The notes beneath the pieces were generated by a model. It made no database searches. It was not told the DNA's origin and was given only the letters and a program-made list of their open reading frames with translations. Source: the human T2T-CHM13v2.0 reference genome, Homo sapiens. From it: a stretch of 64,000 nucleotides of DNA. Positions 1-22,200 of the stretch are shown here, piece by piece (position 1 is the stretch's first letter; each line of letters opens with the position of its first letter). Both the position numbers and the translations under genes were made by a program. The stretch lies in the NCBI RefSeq assembly GCF_009914755.1, contig NC_060932.1; one strand, written 5' to 3'.

Positions 1-760
<760 letters not shown>

Positions 761-1217
761 CTACCAATAGGCTCAGACAGTTCAAGACCTGAGACTTCTA
801 AACTCAAGTCTATTTCCATTAACACAGATATGCATTCAAATTCACATTTATTTATCTTTTTTTTTAAGTAATTCAAACAACAAATATTCACTGAACAAGC
901 CTACTAGCAGAAGCTAGGGAGAAAAATGGAAAAACATTAGACTAGTGACAAAGAAGAAAGGGCAGTCCAGGCAATGGGGAACCCCTGAAGAAATTTATAT
1001 AAGGAAATAATACAATCAAACTAGCATTTAAACATTATCCTGAGCAGGATTGTCAAGGATCAAACATGATGTTGTTCATTCTAGCCAGCAAGTTAACTAA
1101 CTACAATTATTTAGATGTTCTAACATCTGTTTTTAAACCAGCATGTTGATTATTAAAGGTTAGGGAAGAAGGGGAGAGAGTTTCACTCAAAACACTGTAA
1201 CACTCTAGTGTTATATA

Positions 1218-2841
1218 CAGGCAAATCTATAAGATATTGCAGGTTTGATTCCAGACCACCTGGATAAAGCAAATATCACAATACAGTGAGTCACACAAAT
1301 TTTTGTTTTCCAGAAAGAAACCTTGGATCAGGCAGATTCATAGCTGAATTTTGCTAAACGTATAAAGATGAGCTGGTACCAATCCTACTGAAACTATTGC
1401 AAGAAAGCTGAGGAAGAGAGACTCCTCCCTAACTCATTCTACGAGGCCAGCATCATTCTGATACCAAAATGTGGCAGAGACAAAATGAAAAAGAAAACTT
1501 CAGACCAATATCTCTGATGGACATAAATGCAAAAATTCTCAATAAAAGACCTGCAGACCAAATGCAGCAGTACATCAAAAAACTAATCCACCACGATCAA
1601 GTAGGCTTTATTGCTGGGATGTAAGGTTGGTTCAATATACACAAATGAATAAATGTGATTTGCCACATAAACAGAGGAGATTTTGCAAAATTCTTGAGGG
1701 TCCTAAGATTTTTGGAATGGGCAATGAACACTGGCTTCAACTTAAAGTCATGAGAGGCATCAGCCCCTAACAAGAGAGTCAGCCTGTCCTTTGAAGCTAA
1801 GCAGTGACTTCTCTCTAGCTAGGAAAGTCCTAGATGGCATCTCCTTCCAGTAGAAGGCTGTTTCGTCTACATTGAAAATCTGTTGCTTAATGTAGCCACC
1901 TTCATCAATTATCTCAGCTACATCTTCTGGATAACTTGCTGCAGCTTCTATTTCAGCACTTGCTGCTTCATCTTGCACTTTTATGTTATGGAGACAGCTT
2001 CTTTGTTTAAGCCTCATGAACCAACCTCTGCTAGCTTCAAACTTTTGTTGCTTCCTCACGTCTCTCAACCTTCATAGAATTGAAGACAGTAAGGGCATTG
2101 CTCGAGATTAGGCTTTGGCTTAAGAGAATGCTGTGGCTGGTTTGAACTTCTATCCAGACCACTCAAACTGTCTCCATATCAGCAATGAGGCTCTTCCACT
2201 TTCTTACCACTCATGTGCTCACTGGAGTAGCACTTCTAATTTCCTTCAACAACCTGTCCTTTGCATTCAAGCTTGGCTAGCTGTTTGGCACAAGAACCCT
2301 AGCTTTCAGCTTATTTCGGCTTTCAACCTGTCTTCCTCACTAAGCTAAATCATTTCTAGCTTTTTTATTTAAAGTGAGAGTTGTGTGACTCTCCCTTTCA
2401 CTTGAACCCTTACGGACCATTGTAGAATTACTAATTGGCCTAATTTCAATATTGTGTCTCAAGGAATAGGAAAGCCTGAGGAAAGGAAGGGAGATGGGGC
2501 CCACGGCCTAGCAGTGGGACAGTCAGAACACACACGACATTTATCAATTTAGTTCACCATCTTACAAAGGTGCAGTTCGTGGCACCTCAAAACAATTACA
2601 ACAGTAACATCAAAGATCACTGATCACAGATCACCATAACAGATATAATAATAATGAAAACGTCTGAAATATGGGAAGGATTACCAAAACATGACATAGA
2701 GACATGAAGCAAGCACAAACTATTGGAAAAATGGTGCTGACGGACTTGATTTGCTCAGTACAGTTGCCACAAACCTTCAATTAAAAAAAAAAAATGCAGC
2801 ATCTGCAAAGTGAAGAAGTACAACAGAGTAAGGTATACCTG
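1218..2841 (-). mobile_element. Tigger1 DNA transposon, internally deleted, both termini retained
   Basis: TA|caggcaaatct...ggtatacctg|TA termini. Minus-strand ORF 1760-2068 ([11 protein letters not shown]...[28 protein letters not shown]) is pogo/Tigger1 transposase, including the first catalytic D. Confidence 0.9.
1310..1675 (+). mobile_element. Internal L1 ORF2 (RT N-terminal region) fragment embedded in Tigger1
   Basis: gagctggtaccaatcctactgaaactatt...aaaacttcagaccaatatc...caccacgatcaagtaggctttatt is homologous to the L1 ORF2 segments at ~33240-33550 and ~37680-38400 in this window; no poly-A or TSD. Confidence 0.9.
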
Positions 2842-2953
2842 TATATAAATTTTAAGCAATGCAGAAAGTTTTAATTCAGCCATATGCCTAAGAATTTTGA
2901 CTAAGCCAGTATATGGACTTGCAGGTTGTATCAGAACCCAGCAATTCTATACA

Positions 2954-3267
2954 CAGTCATCCCTCAATATCCATGGCGAACTGGTTCCAGGAACCCCACA
3001 GATACCAAAATCCATGAATGCACAAGTTCCTTATATTAAATGGCACAGTATTTGCATATAACTACATACATCCTCCAGTATACTTTAAATCATGTCTAGA
3101 TTACTTATTACACCTAATACAATGTAAATGCTATCCAAATAATTGTTATACTGCATTGGTTTTTTTTTTTATTGTTTTTTTCTATTGCTTTTTTTCTCCC
3201 AATATTTCCAACATGCAGTTAGCTGAATCTGTGGATGCAGAACAAGCAGGATACAGAGGGCTAACTG
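2954..3267 (+). mobile_element. MER2 non-autonomous DNA transposon
   Basis: cagtcatccctcaatatcc...ggatacagagggctaactg|TA imperfect terminal inverted repeats; interior matches the recalled MER2 consensus. Confidence 0.85.
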
Positions 3268-3284
3268 TAGTTTTGTTACATTTT

Positions 3285-7117
<3,833 letters not shown>

Positions 7118-7249
7118 TAATTTATTTTTTACTAGTCCTATCTTTTAGCATTTTAGGATCTTTTAACCAACTAATTTTTTGATCCTTCGCAACTTCATAC
7201 TTACAATATGAATTTGACAGTAAAATCTTAAAAGGCAGAAACCATTTTT

Positions 7250-9490
7250 CATCAATATTTGCCTCAGCATTTATTTCATTCAACAAATATTTGAGAAGTA
7301 CCTACTATGTGCAAGGCATTCTGCTATAAAGTGGTACAAAAGTTCTAGAATTCTATAACATTTCCTTCTCATTGTATTCTTTACTTTTCTTTCCCTTTAA
7401 AAGCTTAAAGTGCATAACAAGAATAAGTACCTGATTTCCCTGGGGTTCCCTCAATCTGTAATGCTCTTCCTTGTACTCCTCATACATACCACACCCTTTC
7501 ATTCATTCATCAAAAAGTATACTGCTAGGCGCTGAACAGGTGCTAATAAAGAAAAATATATGGTTCCTTTCCTTAAGGAATGAAGAGAAGAATAAAGATA
7601 GTGATGACATTTCAGAAGGAAAATCTACAAGACTCAGTATCATCTGAAGTATCATAAAAAGGAATAAAGATGATTCTCAGCCTTGCTAAAAGACTAAGTA
7701 GATGATGATGCCTTTGATACACAGGAATTTGAAAGGCTTGTCTGGAATGTTTAAAACTGGTTTTAGAATGTTAAATGTGTAATTCCCTCTGGATAGTCTA
7801 GTTGAGTTGCCCAAACAGAAATTATTAAATAGAAGTACTCATTAGTATCTGAGTAACCATTATGTGGCAGGATCCAAGGACACTGAGTAAAATACAATCC
7901 CCGAACTCAAGGAACTTAAGACTTAGATGATAGAGAATACAAGTAAACAGGCACTTAAAAGAGAAACTCAGGTAAGAGACTGGAGGTGTAAGCACTAGAT
8001 GGAACATTGAAGGACCTTGTATGCCACTCTTAGGAGACTGGATTTCTCGAGGCAATGGGGAACCATGGGTTTTAAACAGGGAATGCTTGATTACATTTGC
8101 ATTTTGGAAAGAACGCTCTAGCTTCAAGGAAGATAATGGGTTGGAGGAGGCAAACAAAGTGAACAAATAAGATGCTGTTGCAGAAATCTGAACAAGATTT
8201 GAGGGAAGAGATATCTAATAGTAATATTTGAGACCCTGACTTTCCTAGACAACACTCAAAGTACAATGCTAATCCTTGAACTATTTTTAACCATAATAAC
8301 AAAATAATACTCGCATCAGGCAAGTATAAAGCATACCTGGTGGCCGAGCACTATGCTATCTCATCTCTTATTCTATATCAAATTGTGGGAACCACAGTTG
8401 AGGAATGTATCTTTTTTTTTCCTATAACCACTTGAATTTCACATGCTATGGGAAATATGTAACATAATTTAAATATACAGCATATTCTAAAGAAAAGCAA
8501 AATTGAACAGATCCAAGCAGCAAAGTTCCTCTAGGATTATGCAATCACTTCATTAGCCAAAAAGCTTACAATCTATAGATCCTATGTATTGTTAGGAGTG
8601 AAAGCTTTCCATAAATCTCTAATTACAGGGCCCTGAATTGATAAGGGGAGACAATGTGCCCAGACTACCCTGTGTCACCAGCTCTAAGTCACACGAGACA
8701 ATTTTTACAAATAAGACTGAAGTTGAAGGTTTCTGGGAAAGCCCCTTCCCTGCTTCTTCTTTTCTTCCTCCTGCCTGGAATGTAGACATAAAGCTGGGGC
8801 TGTAGCAGCCCTGTTGTAGCCATGAGATAATAAGCATGAGGACAAAGCACATGCTAACGATGAGAGAGTACAAGAAAAGAAGACTGAGACATGGCTGTTC
8901 CTTTGTTGCTGCTGTACTAGCAGACTTTTTGTTAAGGGAGAATAATAAATCCCTCTGTGGTTAAGTAACTTTAGGCTAAACATAGTCATAATTTATATAC
9001 TCTGAATCCCTTATAGAATAAAGCCTAGGCTACTTCACATTGCATAAGATGCTTCTCACCATCAGCTCCATTTAACTATCCAACCTCATTTCATTCTGTT
9101 CTCTGTCCCATACTTTCCATTCCAATAATTCTAAATCTTGTCAGATGAGCACACCCCAATGAGTTGTTTTTACCTTTCTACCTGTCATCCCCTTGACTCT
9201 CCCTTATCACTCCATTTCTTCACCCAATTAACTCTTCGTCAGCATTCCAGATTTCCTGGCTCCACTGGCTGAGGAAGATGCCCTGCCTTCTTCTTTTCAC
9301 ATTACCCCATGCACCAGTCACTACAATGAGTGTGCTATATTACAGCTATTTATTTATATATTTGTCTTCCCAACTACACTACTGACCCCTCAAAAAGAAA
9401 AAAGTATCTTAGTTCTTTTGGCATTCTTAGATCCTGGCACAGTACCGGGTCAACTGGGGATGCTCAGTGAATGTTGAATGAATTAGATTT
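7250..9490. mobile_element. Degraded L2 fragments and an old LTR fragment (~8620-8990)
   Basis: L2 3'-end hallmarks (cattcaacaaatatttgag, gttgaatgaat) and the LTR-type motif cctgcctggaatgtagac...gcagcc. Confidence 0.5.
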
Positions 9491-9599
9491 ACATAAAACA
9501 TGACTTCTTAATTAGTAAAAGTGATTACATAATACAGACTGTTAAATGACCCCTTTAACATCAAAAACTCATTCTCATCCATAAATTTGTCCTAAAAAA

Positions 9600-9860
9600 G
9601 TCCAGGCTATAGTGCAGTGCTGCAATCATAGCTAACTGTGGCCCTGAACTCCTGGGCTCAAACAATCCTCCCGCCTCAGCTTCCCAAGTAGCTAGAACTA
9701 CAAGTCCAAGCTACCACCTGGATAATTTTTTCTTTTTTGGTAGAGAAAGGGTCTCACTATGTTGCTCAGACTGGCCTTGAACTCCTGGGCTCCTTTACCC
9801 TCGATGCTCTGGCCTCTCTAAGGGTTGAGATTACAGGCGTGATCTACCACATCCAGCCTC
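9600..9860 (-). mobile_element. AluJ
   Basis: Diverged Alu (ctcctgggctcaaacaatcctcccgcctcagc). Confidence 0.85.
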
Positions 9861-9970
9861 ATTTCTGCTTTTAAGCAGAAAAGCTGCAAAGAGCTGTAAG
9901 TCCTAAAGACACTTGACAAAGCCATCCTCATCTGCCTTAAAGGATTAATCTCACTTCCAATGGGAAGTCA

Positions 9971-10280
<310 letters not shown>

Positions 10281-10385
10281 AAAGAAATGAAAACTAAACA
10301 GATGATCAAAGAATAAATTTTGTTATATTTTATTAGCAAAACTCGTCAAAACAAGGGTAAGCAAAGAAATAAAATCTCTTCATAC

Positions 10386-10514
10386 CTGTCACATTGCTGC
10401 ATTATGGAAATTTCTTTGATTATTTCCTGAAGATCTGATTCAACAGGTACTTGTTTAATTGCGACAACTTGACCGGATTCCTTGTGTATTGCTTTAAATA
10501 CACTTCCATAAGAC
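10386..10514 (-). CDS. STK3: STK3/MST2 coding exon 3 (129 nt): end of the Gly-rich loop, VAIK catalytic lysine (K56), alphaC helix
   Basis: Acceptor TTGGTTTCTTTTAG|GTCTTAT and donor GACAG|GTATGA; translates as (G)SYGSVFKAIHKESGQVVAIKQVPVESDLQEIIKEISIMQQCD(S); lies within ORF-track entry 10346-10528. Confidence 0.98.
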
Positions 10515-11809
10515 CTAAAAGAAACCAAGACATTATTTTTTTCCTATCAAACATCGTAACTATAAGATTAAAAGTCTACTATGAGTTTTCTGTGGATAGT
10601 CTTTTCTAGTTTAAAACACTATTTAAATGATTAAAAAATCAAAGTAAACAAGTAACAATTTTAAAAGGTAATGAATTATATCTTAGCTTTATTGCTTCAA
10701 CTACAGACTTAAAATAGTCAAGTTAACATATAATGAGTAGCTATTTTTCTTATGAATGAAAGAAACAGACTTGCGTTTGGTCAACTCAAACAAATGCAGC
10801 ATTAAGAAGATATAAATGGAAATTAAAAGAATGAAATGTAGATTAAAAATAGCCAAAGCCTCAAATTAGGAGAAAAGGCTGATCTCAAGGAAAATGACCC
10901 CCAGAATATCAAAAAGTCACACTTCTGTTCAGAGTACCTTAACAGTTAAAACCCTCAGCTGGGGACCATATTAACATCAAAGTTAGAGAAGCAAGGAATC
11001 TGCAGCCATCTGCTTCTACCTGATTTACAGATCCAAGGTCTCTTTTTAAAAAGTTCCTTTCATTACCTTTTCCTCAAGAGAAAAACTACAAACTCACAGG
11101 TAAATAAAATGAGGAACAGGGTCTAATAGTCACTTGCCCAAAACCTGTCTCTGCTACAACTCCTGAAACTTTGCCAACTGAATATTCACGTGTTTTAAAA
11201 AGCAAAAACAAAGAAGGAAGAAGCCATTTGTACCTTAGTATGAACTTAAAAACGAGGTTAAACACTACTATGTACTGAGTTCTTACTATAAACCAGGTCC
11301 TATGCTAGGTGTTTTACATGCATTATGAAATTCAACCCTCACAATCATAAGGAAAAACACTATTATCGTCATTAAAAGATGAGAAACAGACCAGTAGGGC
11401 CAGAATTCAAACACATTCCCACCCCAAAAATCAGGTTTTTCTCACCATATTTTTCTACAGAAGAGAAACAAGAGCAAGCCAATGGAAAACATCGAATGTT
11501 TCCTAATATTAGAAATCTATGCAGAAGCCCTTCCAAATTTATAATCTTTTAAAATAAGTGAAAAAGAGACAAATAAGTGATAACGCGGCTACTTCAATAA
11601 AATACATTTTATCCTCTCCTCTGTTTCTTTGGGCTCTCTGAAGTCATTTAATTTGGTTTGGTACCCAAAGTCACATTGGGCTGGGTGTGGGGGAATGTAT
11701 GTGTGTGTATCTCCCCTTGAAAGCCATATGTGTGTATGTGTGTATATTCCCTCAAAAGCTAACATAGAATTCAGTGCTAGATCATCTACTGTCAATTAGG
11801 CAACACCAT

Positions 11810-14010
11810 CACTCCTTTCTAAGGACTCCTCAGCACTACGAAAGAGAAGCTGCAATCCCCACTTCCCAGAATCCCCTTCCCTGAATGGTTCCTCATTAAA
11901 AGTCTGCCAGTGAGAAAAACACGTATGTGTGAATGACGAAAGGAGAAACCATTTTTCTCCAGATACAGTTGTAGCAGATGGACTGACAGATATGAAGTGC
12001 ACAGCAGCTTCCTGCTGAGCTTCCAACAGCCACCACTGCTGCAGACTGAGGTAGTTGGTGGGAGTTTCTCAAGACTGCAGGATTCCAGCAGATTCCCAGA
12101 GAGCTTTTGAGAAACACCCACTTCAGTGCTTCAGGCTGAGATCTTCAATGCTGACTTCGACCTTCAACCTTTGGCAACAGTTTTCATGAACTTTGCATCC
12201 CTGGCCCCTCCACAATTCATTTGAGCTCCTAACTTCATTACTAAATTCTTCATATCTATAGAGTACATACAGTAGCTTATCTTTTCCTTGATAGCAATAT
12301 AGTTTTTGGTAGAAGAAGTGTTTCCAAGGGAAAGAATCTTAAAGATGAGAATCTTGAATTAGTTCTTTCTTAGATGTTGATATGGTTTGGCTATGTCCCA
12401 CCCGAATCTCATCTTGTAGCTCCCATAATTCCCACCTGTTGTGGTAGGGACTCAGTGGGAGATGACTGAATCATGGGGGCAGGTCTTTCCCATGCTGTTC
12501 TCATGATAGTGAATGGGTCTCACAAGATCTGATGGTTTTAAAAATGGGAGTTTGTCTGCACAAGCTCTCTCTTTGCCCGCTGCCATCCATGTACGATGTG
12601 ACCTGATCTTCCTTGCCTTCCACCATGATTGTGAGGCCTCCCTACCCACGTGGAACTATAAGTCAATTAAACCTCTTTCTTTCGTAAATTGCCCAGTCCC
12701 AGGTATGTCTTTACCAACAGTGTGAAAACAGACTAATACAGATGTGTAGACAGTAATGACTTCAATACAAGTAACAAATAGTATACTGATGGTCTATGGC
12801 ATTCAGTGGCAAACAGTTATTTAAATTATCACCCTTAGTTGCCTGGAGTCTAAGCAAAGCTTTAAAAGACCAAGTAGCTGTATCAATACAATGTATGGTG
12901 AAAATAAAGTATAAGGACTATAGAATGGGCTGCTGCCTCTGCCTGCACTGGAAAAGTTATAGAACAAACACAGCAAGCTAAAGGCTTAAATGTCCAGCTC
13001 AAGACTGAGAGAACCAGAAAACTTCTGAATTTCTTAATTCTTACAGAAACAGGGTTGAGATTTCTGAAAAACAAACTCTAGGTATAGTCTTACTGGAAGT
13101 TGAATTACATTTCAAGTTGAATTCACATCAGCACCAGGTCTGTTATGTTAAAGTTAAGGTATCTAACAATAAAGAGAAGTACCTAGAGAACTGGTATTAG
13201 GACATTTAGATAGATTCTCATTAATCTGAGTACCTTGAATCCCCAAATCCTATCAAGCCTCCCTTGATACCAAAAGCAACTCTGCCCTCCTGTCTGAGAA
13301 AATTAACCTTACAATGCCTGAAGACTCTATCTACCTCCTGAGGCAGTCACTTTTCAGCAGCATGCAGTGGTCCTCCAGACCACTCCACCACCACTTATTG
13401 CTTCCAGACCCAAAGTTATACTCAACTCCCATAGACACCAGGGAGACAAGTATAAAATTTAACCCAAGCAGCTACTATTCACACTAAAAAAGTTGCAAGA
13501 TTTTGCCAATTTTTATCAGAACCCTAAAGAATATGTGTGAGAACAAATTCTAAGATTTCCAGAGAGGAAGAAATGTACTGATATGGATGCAAGACCAGAA
13601 ATTCCAGACTCAGCATGTTAGCTCAAACAGTTGGGGGTGTCCCTAACAGTTGCTCAGCCAGTTAACTGAAACCTGGACTCAAAAGTGGCCCATATTAAGT
13701 GAGATGCTAAGTGAGCCTCAGTACACACCAAAGGAAGCATATCAAAGGCTCAAGGAAATGGGATACTAGAATGGATATATATTATAAGTGCCATGCTCAC
13801 ATACTCCCTAACTATGTTGACAAAAAGGGTCCAGAGGATACCAGCATCGACCAAAGCTCTATTAGTGCAGGGGAAAGATGACAAATATGCCAACAGTGAA
13901 ACTGGCTCCTTGAGTTTAATAGATAACAGGATCCCAGCACAAGAGAAGTGGCAACAGCTATTCACCTGAGACAAAGTGGGAACAGTTACCATAATGAGTA
14001 ACAAAGCAAG
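11810..14010 (+). mobile_element. Old ERVL element: LTR (~11810-12295) followed by internal leader/gag remnant, interrupted by THE1
   Basis: tttggtagaagaagtgtttccaagggaaagaatcttaaagatg resembles the start of the ERVL internal sequence after the LTR; downstream text resembles degraded ERVL gag. Subfamily uncertain. Confidence 0.6.
12378..12740 (+). mobile_element. THE1B-like MaLR solo LTR
   Basis: tgatatggtttggctatgtccc...gactaataca with a perfect 5-bp TSD gatgt (12373-12377, 12741-12745). Confidence 0.92.
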
Positions 14011-14149
14011 GCTGAATTACAGTTTTCTTTTATTGTACATTTAGGTCTTGATATTAAAGTTACACTAGCTTCATTTAAAAAAAAACTATAATTAACTGTC
14101 CTTTAAACACTGTATAAAACAGTGTTTAATACAGTGGAACCTTTCTGGA

Positions 14150-15030
<881 letters not shown>

Positions 15031-15384
15031 CATATTTATCATTTCTAATTTTTTTTCTATCTCATTAATTTCAGCTTTTTCTTTAATTCAATCTTCAGTT
15101 TCTTTTGGTATGTTTCATAATTTTTCTAAGTTCTTTAAGTAAGCACTAAGTTTATTTTTTGCCTTTCTTTGTTAGTCTAATGAAAGAATTTAGAACTAAA
15201 ACTTTTAATTAGTTTTGCTATATTCCATAGATACTGGCACAATGTGTTCTCCTTTTCATTGTTTTATAATTTATAATATCCTCTTCAATCAATGGGTTAC
15301 TTCAGATTATGTTTCCTAATTTCTAGTTGGTGTGGATTTTGTCATATTATAATTACTTATTTCTAATTTAGTGAGTATAATCAG

Positions 15385-16100
15385 TGATATGGTTTGCATA
15401 TTTGTCTTCTCCAAATCTCATTTTGAAATGTAATCCCTAATGTTGGAGATGGAACCTGTTAGGAGACGTTTGGGTCACAGGGGCAGTTTCCTCATGGCTT
15501 GGTGCTGTCCTTGAGATGGTGAGTTTTCACAGGATGTGCTTATTTAAAGCGGTGTGGCAGGCCGGGTGCAGTGGCTCGTGCCTGTCATCCCAACACTTTG
15601 GGAGGCCGAGGTGGGAAGATCACCTGAGGTCAGGAGTTCAAGACCAGCCTGGCCAACATTGTGAAACCTCATCTCTACTAAAAATATGAAAATTAGCTGG
15701 GCGTGGTGGCAGGCACCTGTAATCCCAGCTACTCGGGAGGTTGAGGCAACAGAATCCCTTGAACCCGGGAGAAGGATGCAGTGAGCCACGATCACGCCAT
15801 TGCACTCCAGGCTGGATGACGAGAGTGAAACTCTGTCTCAAAAAAATTTTAAAATAAAAAAAAATAAAACTGCGTGGCACCTCCCCTGCCCTATCTTGCT
15901 CCTGCTCTCACCATGTGAGACATCTGCTCCCCCTTTGCCTTCTTCCATGACTATAACCTTCCTGAAGCCCTCACCAGAAGCGGATGCCGGCACCGTGCTT
16001 TTTGCAGTGTCTGCAGAACCGTGAGCCAATTAAATTTTTCTTTATAAATTACCCAGCCTAAGGTATTTTTCTTATAACAACACAAGAACAGCTTAATACA
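15385..16100 (+). mobile_element. MSTB-like MaLR solo LTR interrupted by an AluS (~15560-15865, +)
   Basis: tgatatggtttgcat...gcttaataca with 5-bp TSD atcag (15380-15384, 16101-16105). Confidence 0.9.
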
Positions 16101-16619
16101 ATCAGAAAATGTGACCTGTAAAAATCTCTTATTTTTTAGAATTTGTAACTTTTCTTTTATCAATGGTCCTTTGAACATACACCAGAAAAGCAGGTCTGCA
16201 AGAATATATATGCATAGTTATATAGACATACAGGTACTTTATATATTTTTACTTTATATATATTTACATTTCTATAAAATCAAGTGTATTCATCATAATG
16301 TTTAATCCCTCTATGTCCTTTCTCTTTTTTCTATTATATCTGTCCAATTCTAAAAGAGATACATTGAAATCTCCCATGCAATTATACTTTTATTAGATGC
16401 CTCTGACATCACTAATAGCTTTTCTGTCATAAATTTAGCTGCCATGTTGTCTGACATGTTTTGTTATAAATTGTCCTTGATATTGCTACCTAATATATCT
16501 CTTTATTTAGTTGAAACCTTTTAAACTTTAATGTATCTAATATAAATATTGCTACTATTACTTTCTGTTTTTTTATTTGTATGTTTATCTATAATATTTT
16601 TATAAGAAATATCCTTATA

Positions 16620-17238
<619 letters not shown>

Positions 17239-17881
17239 TAGCTTATTATTTTACCTTTTCATTTTCTCTATTTCCTTGTCCTTGTTCTTGCTGATCTATA
17301 AGCTTCTTTTAATTCTGTTTTGTACCTTTATTATTTTGGAAATTCTCCTATACTTTGCCATTCCATTAAATGCTCCCTACCTTTCTCTCTGCTCAAACCG
17401 GCACGTTTCTCTACTGTTATTTTGAAATCATGTCAACTATTCTTCTGCCTATATAAACTGTTTCCCTCACTAAGATATTCTTGTCATATCAAGACAAAGA
17501 CTACTTACCTTTTCCAAAATAAAATGAGCCTCAAGATCTAAAAGGATGGCCTTATGGTCACTTGCCTAACAAAGTCAAAACCTTCAAACGTATTAATAAG
17601 AATGCCGTAAGGGATGAACTAACAAAACTCTTAAACATCATTTCACAGCACATTTCTTGCTTTTCCCTTATATATATATATGGCCTACTTTCTCTGAAAA
17701 AACACTATTACCAGATTTAGCACAAACTAATCTTTAAAATTCAGTATCACCTGCCAAGTTTAATTACTATTAAATACTATTCAATTCATACGAATATACT
17801 CTAGTTGAAAGATTAACATCATATAATATTTTTTAAATTGTTCTGAAATTATTTACATGCTTTCATACTTTTTGTACTTAC

Positions 17882-17962
17882 CCTTCTCCAAGCTTCTCTA
17901 ATACATCAAAAACTTCTTCAGGCTGCTTAGTCAAACTGTCTTCACTCAGCTTTTTTAGTTTA
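17882..17962 (-). CDS. STK3: STK3/MST2 coding exon 2 (81 nt)
   Basis: Acceptor TTTCTTCTTTCTTTTTTAAATCAG|TAAACTA and donor GAAGG|GTAAGT; translates as (S)KLKKLSEDSLTKQPEEVFDVLEKLGE(G); phase 2-2, in frame with exon 3. Too short to appear in the ORF track. Confidence 0.97.
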
Positions 17963-19912
17963 CTGATTTAAAAAAGAAAGAAGAAAGAAAATATTTTCTT
18001 TAAAGACCTTTTACAAAATTTTTAATTTTTAAAATTTTACCAAGTTTTTAATTTTATTTTAATATATTCAGAAGACTCAAACAATATAAAAACATACATA
18101 GTAAACATTCTCCTTTCAAGCCCTGTTCCTCATGTGCCCAGCAACACCTCCAAAAATAATCACTTTTATTAGTTTTTTGTGAAACCTTTATATAAATATG
18201 AATACATATTCTTAATTCCTCCCCTTTGAATATATAAGAAGCATATACACACCCTTCTGTATAAATATTGTCATGTTGTCTACTGTTTTCTCTTGACAAA
18301 ACTATGTTAGAGATCTTTCCATACAGGTTAATCATCCATAATCCAAAAATCTGAAATCCAAAATGCTCCAAGATCTGAAATTTTTTGAGCACCAACATGA
18401 TACCCACAATGGAAAATGCCACACCTGACCTCATGTAATGAGTCACAGTCAAACTGTAAGCACATAACACAATTTAAGGAAAAAAGATCCTCCCCAGCCC
18501 CCTTCAGCTCTGACATATCTTTTCCATGCATGCACAGATTCTCCCACCCAAGCACATCCAAAGAAGGGTAATAAAATGGCACAGGTACACGCCAGACGCA
18601 CCAATGATAGGTTCCCCACGATGCCCCACACGGAGCCAAGACTGTGCATTACTCACTGTGGGTTTTTTTGCTTATTCTCTGCTTTGTTGGATAAAGACAA
18701 TGTTGAAAATCTGAGTAAGTGACAGAAAAAGAGGAAGCATTTATGCTTATCTCTAGCCAAAAAGTCAAGCTGCTGGATAAACTGGAAAGCAGTATGGGAA
18801 ATGTCTTACAAAAGAGCATGGTGTTGGAATGACCACCATATACAACCTGAAGAAACAGAAGGATAAATTGTTGAAGTTCTATGCTGAAGTGTCAATGAAC
18901 AGAAGTTAATGAAAAATTTTTCTTAATTGCAGAAAACCAAATGAAGATCTCAAATGTGTACTGAAAGAGTAAATCTGTCAGCACGGCAGAGAAAACATAC
19001 TACTTAATGGTATGGTGCTCATGAAACAAGCAAAGATATATCATGATGAACTGAAAATTGAAGGGAACTATGAATATTCAACAGGCTGATTGCAGAAATT
19101 TAAGAAAAGACACATTAATTTTTCAAAGATTTGTGGTGAATAAAGCAACTGCTGATCATGAAGAAGCAGAAAAATTCATTGACAAGTCTGCCAAGGCCAT
19201 CACTGATGAAAATCTGACACCAGAACAAGTCTATAATGCTGATGAAACATCACAGTTTAGTGTTAGTTCCCCAGAAAGACTCTGACTACAGCCCCTACAG
19301 GATAAGAATGCCATGGACAGAGTAACTGTCCTGGGAGGTGCTAATGCAGAAGGCACACTAAGTGTAAACCTGCTGTGTGGGAAAGATTGGGTTCATTATT
19401 AGACTAACAAAAAGGCATGGGTCACTAGGGACATCTTTTCTGATTGGTTTCACAAACATTTTGTAGCAGTGGTTCAGGTTTGCTGCAGGGAAGCTGGACT
19501 GGATGATGGCTACAAGATTTTGTTATTCCTTGACAACTGTTCTGCTCATCCTCCAGCTGAAAAATCTCATTAAATATAATGTTTATTCCATGTACTTTTC
19601 CCCAAATGTGACTTCATTAATTCAGCAAGTGAGCAGGGTATCCTCAGATCAATAAAGAATAAAAATAAAAACACTTTCTTGAACAGCCTACTTGCAGCAG
19701 TGAACAGAAATATGAGCGTGGAAGGTTTTCAAAAGCAGTTCAGCATTTAGAATGCTGTATATGCTATTGTCGATGACTGGAACACAGTATCTAAAGACAC
19801 AGTTGTGCATACCTGGCACAATCTCTAGCTTGCAACTATGTTCAGTAACGATGATGAACAAGGCAATGACTTTGAAGGATTCTGTATGTCAAGATAAAAA
19901 AAAAAAAAAATA

Positions 19913-20727
<815 letters not shown>

Positions 20728-20870
20728 TTAACATTGCAGAAAAAGTGCCGGAAGACAACATGGTGTGATGGGCTTATTTTAGGACTAGAGTGCATTCTTA
20801 ACAGAATAGGAAATCACGTCACTTTATAACATCAAAGAGAGACTTCTAAGACAAAAGCCACTGTTAATGA

Positions 20871-22200
<1,330 letters not shown>

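Noticed and set aside
10346-10528. 60-aa ORF as a stand-alone small kinase-like gene
   Set aside because: It is STK3 exon 3 read through both splice sites; the MVSFR and RYEEILF ends are intronic.
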